A DNA stretch of 64,000 nt, taken from Fistulifera solaris. Lineage: Eukaryota. A model generated the notes under the pieces. The model was not told the origin of the DNA. It saw only the letters and a list, made by a program, of their open reading frames with translations, and did not search any database. Positions 63,063 to 64,000 of the stretch are shown here, in pieces. The stretch lies in assembly GCA_030295235.1 (NCBI GenBank), contig AP026137.1, positions 1,054,001 to 1,118,000 of the forward strand. The letters run 5' to 3'. Every line of letters starts with the position of its first letter. Positions within the stretch are counted from its first letter, which is position 1. The translations under genes and the position numbers were made by a program.

Positions 63063-63332
63063 TCAACGAAAAAACAAACAGACGCTTTTTTCGTTTTGCA
63101 TCGCAACGCGGCAACACGTACCTACACCAATTCCTACAACAAAGGCAAGCATTACAACCCAAGTCAATGGGGAATAAGAAGATGTGCTGTTCTTTTTCCT
63201 CTTATTTTCGCGACTGCGTGAGCCAGGAACAATCAAGGGGGATTCGTCGCCGCTTTCTTCGTCAAATTCTTCGTCTTTCTTGGTGTTGCGGAGCATCAAA
63301 TCTTTAGAAGTATGACGGTGTCTTACAGTCAT
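63063..63332 (-). CDS. Possible small membrane protein (3' end uncertain)
   Basis: Charged N-terminus and one TM helix; the end may be affected by homopolymer indels. Confidence 0.35.
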   Translation of the reverse strand: MTVRHRHTSKDLMLRNTKKDEEFDEESGDESPLIVPGSRSRENKRKKNSTSSYSPLTWVVMLAFVVGIGVGTCCRVAMQNEKSVCLFFR

Positions 63333-63665
63333 GACACACAAAGAGCACGAAAACGATTAGAAGGATTTGATTTCGAGTTCGCTTGATCAAATCGCCGCCT
63401 TTGCTTCACAATAACAATCGATTATCGATTGCTTTGCGAATGCGCCTCTCAACACTCAACGGACATCGTCGATCCGTCTTCGTGTCTTAGCATCATACAC
63501 CTATTGGGAACTAGGAACAGCTAGAAAACGAATAACTTAACTACAAAATCTAGAAAGAACGGGTTTAACTTGGTGATCATGGAAATGATTCTTTAGTATA
63601 CGAATGTAACACACTATCTATACCCAACAGCCACTCTAATAAGCATCTCATTCTTTAACTAAAAC

Positions 63666-64000
63666 TTACTTCTTGGGACCACTACCTGCAGTTTTCATCG
63701 CATCTAGGACAAAGTCAAACTTCTTGTCATCTTTCTGCACAGGACGTGCGTCGGCAGTAGTCACCGATTTCATGACCGGCGGGGCCATGCCAGGGAAAGG
63801 TAGAACCATTCCAGGAAGCAAGGCGCCGCGTTGCTGTTGCAAAAGAAGAGCCATTTGCATCTGTTGCTGTTGTTGCATCCACATATTTTGTTGGTAAGCA
63901 ATAGCTTGCATTTGTTCCGTCGATAAACTCATAATTTTACGTTGCGCGGTTTTCGGAGTCATATTCTGAAGCGGGTCGAATACAGGAATGGCGCCAGCGT
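63666..64000 (-). CDS. 3' end of a Q/M/P-rich protein (starts beyond window)
   Basis: Poly-Q, Met/Pro-rich tail ending KFDFVLDAMK. Confidence 0.6.
   Translation of the reverse strand, partial: AGAIPVFDPLQNMTPKTAQRKIMSLSTEQMQAIAYQQNMWMQQQQQMQMALLLQQQRGALLPGMVLPFPGMAPPVMKSVTTADARPVQKDDKKFDFVLDAMKTAGSGPKK

Overview
Eukaryotic nuclear DNA from a pennate diatom. Evidence: short GT-AG introns, a silicanin-1 homologue, a PtD5-like delta-5 desaturase and diatom-expanded families; one degenerate ORF recalls a family I associate with Fistulifera, which is a tentative assignment. About 22 genes: GCN1 3' end, bZIP, a large TPR protein, a MAPR/cytochrome b5 protein, a signal-peptide-bearing proteasome alpha-like protein, two GT49 glycosyltransferase paralogues, a His-rich RXL protein, a Cys-rich repeat protein, CE4 chitin-deacetylase-like genes, an OSCA/TMEM63 channel, an FMC1-like protein, an HA-domain protein and an EEP phosphatase. 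Many genes are split by single-base indels in homopolymers, most likely assembly errors. Intergenic DNA holds six non-autonomous DNA transposons with readable TIRs and TSDs (four hAT-type in three families, one Tc1/mariner-type, one P-like). It also holds three unrelated 215-234 bp tandem repeat families with an A(BA)n layout, and a dispersed 69-bp double-hairpin minisatellite. The best candidate for an undescribed system is the 215-bp array, whose solo copy at ~37.9 kb looks like an un-amplified or 'empty' site. Family assignments come from motif recognition only; no searches were run.
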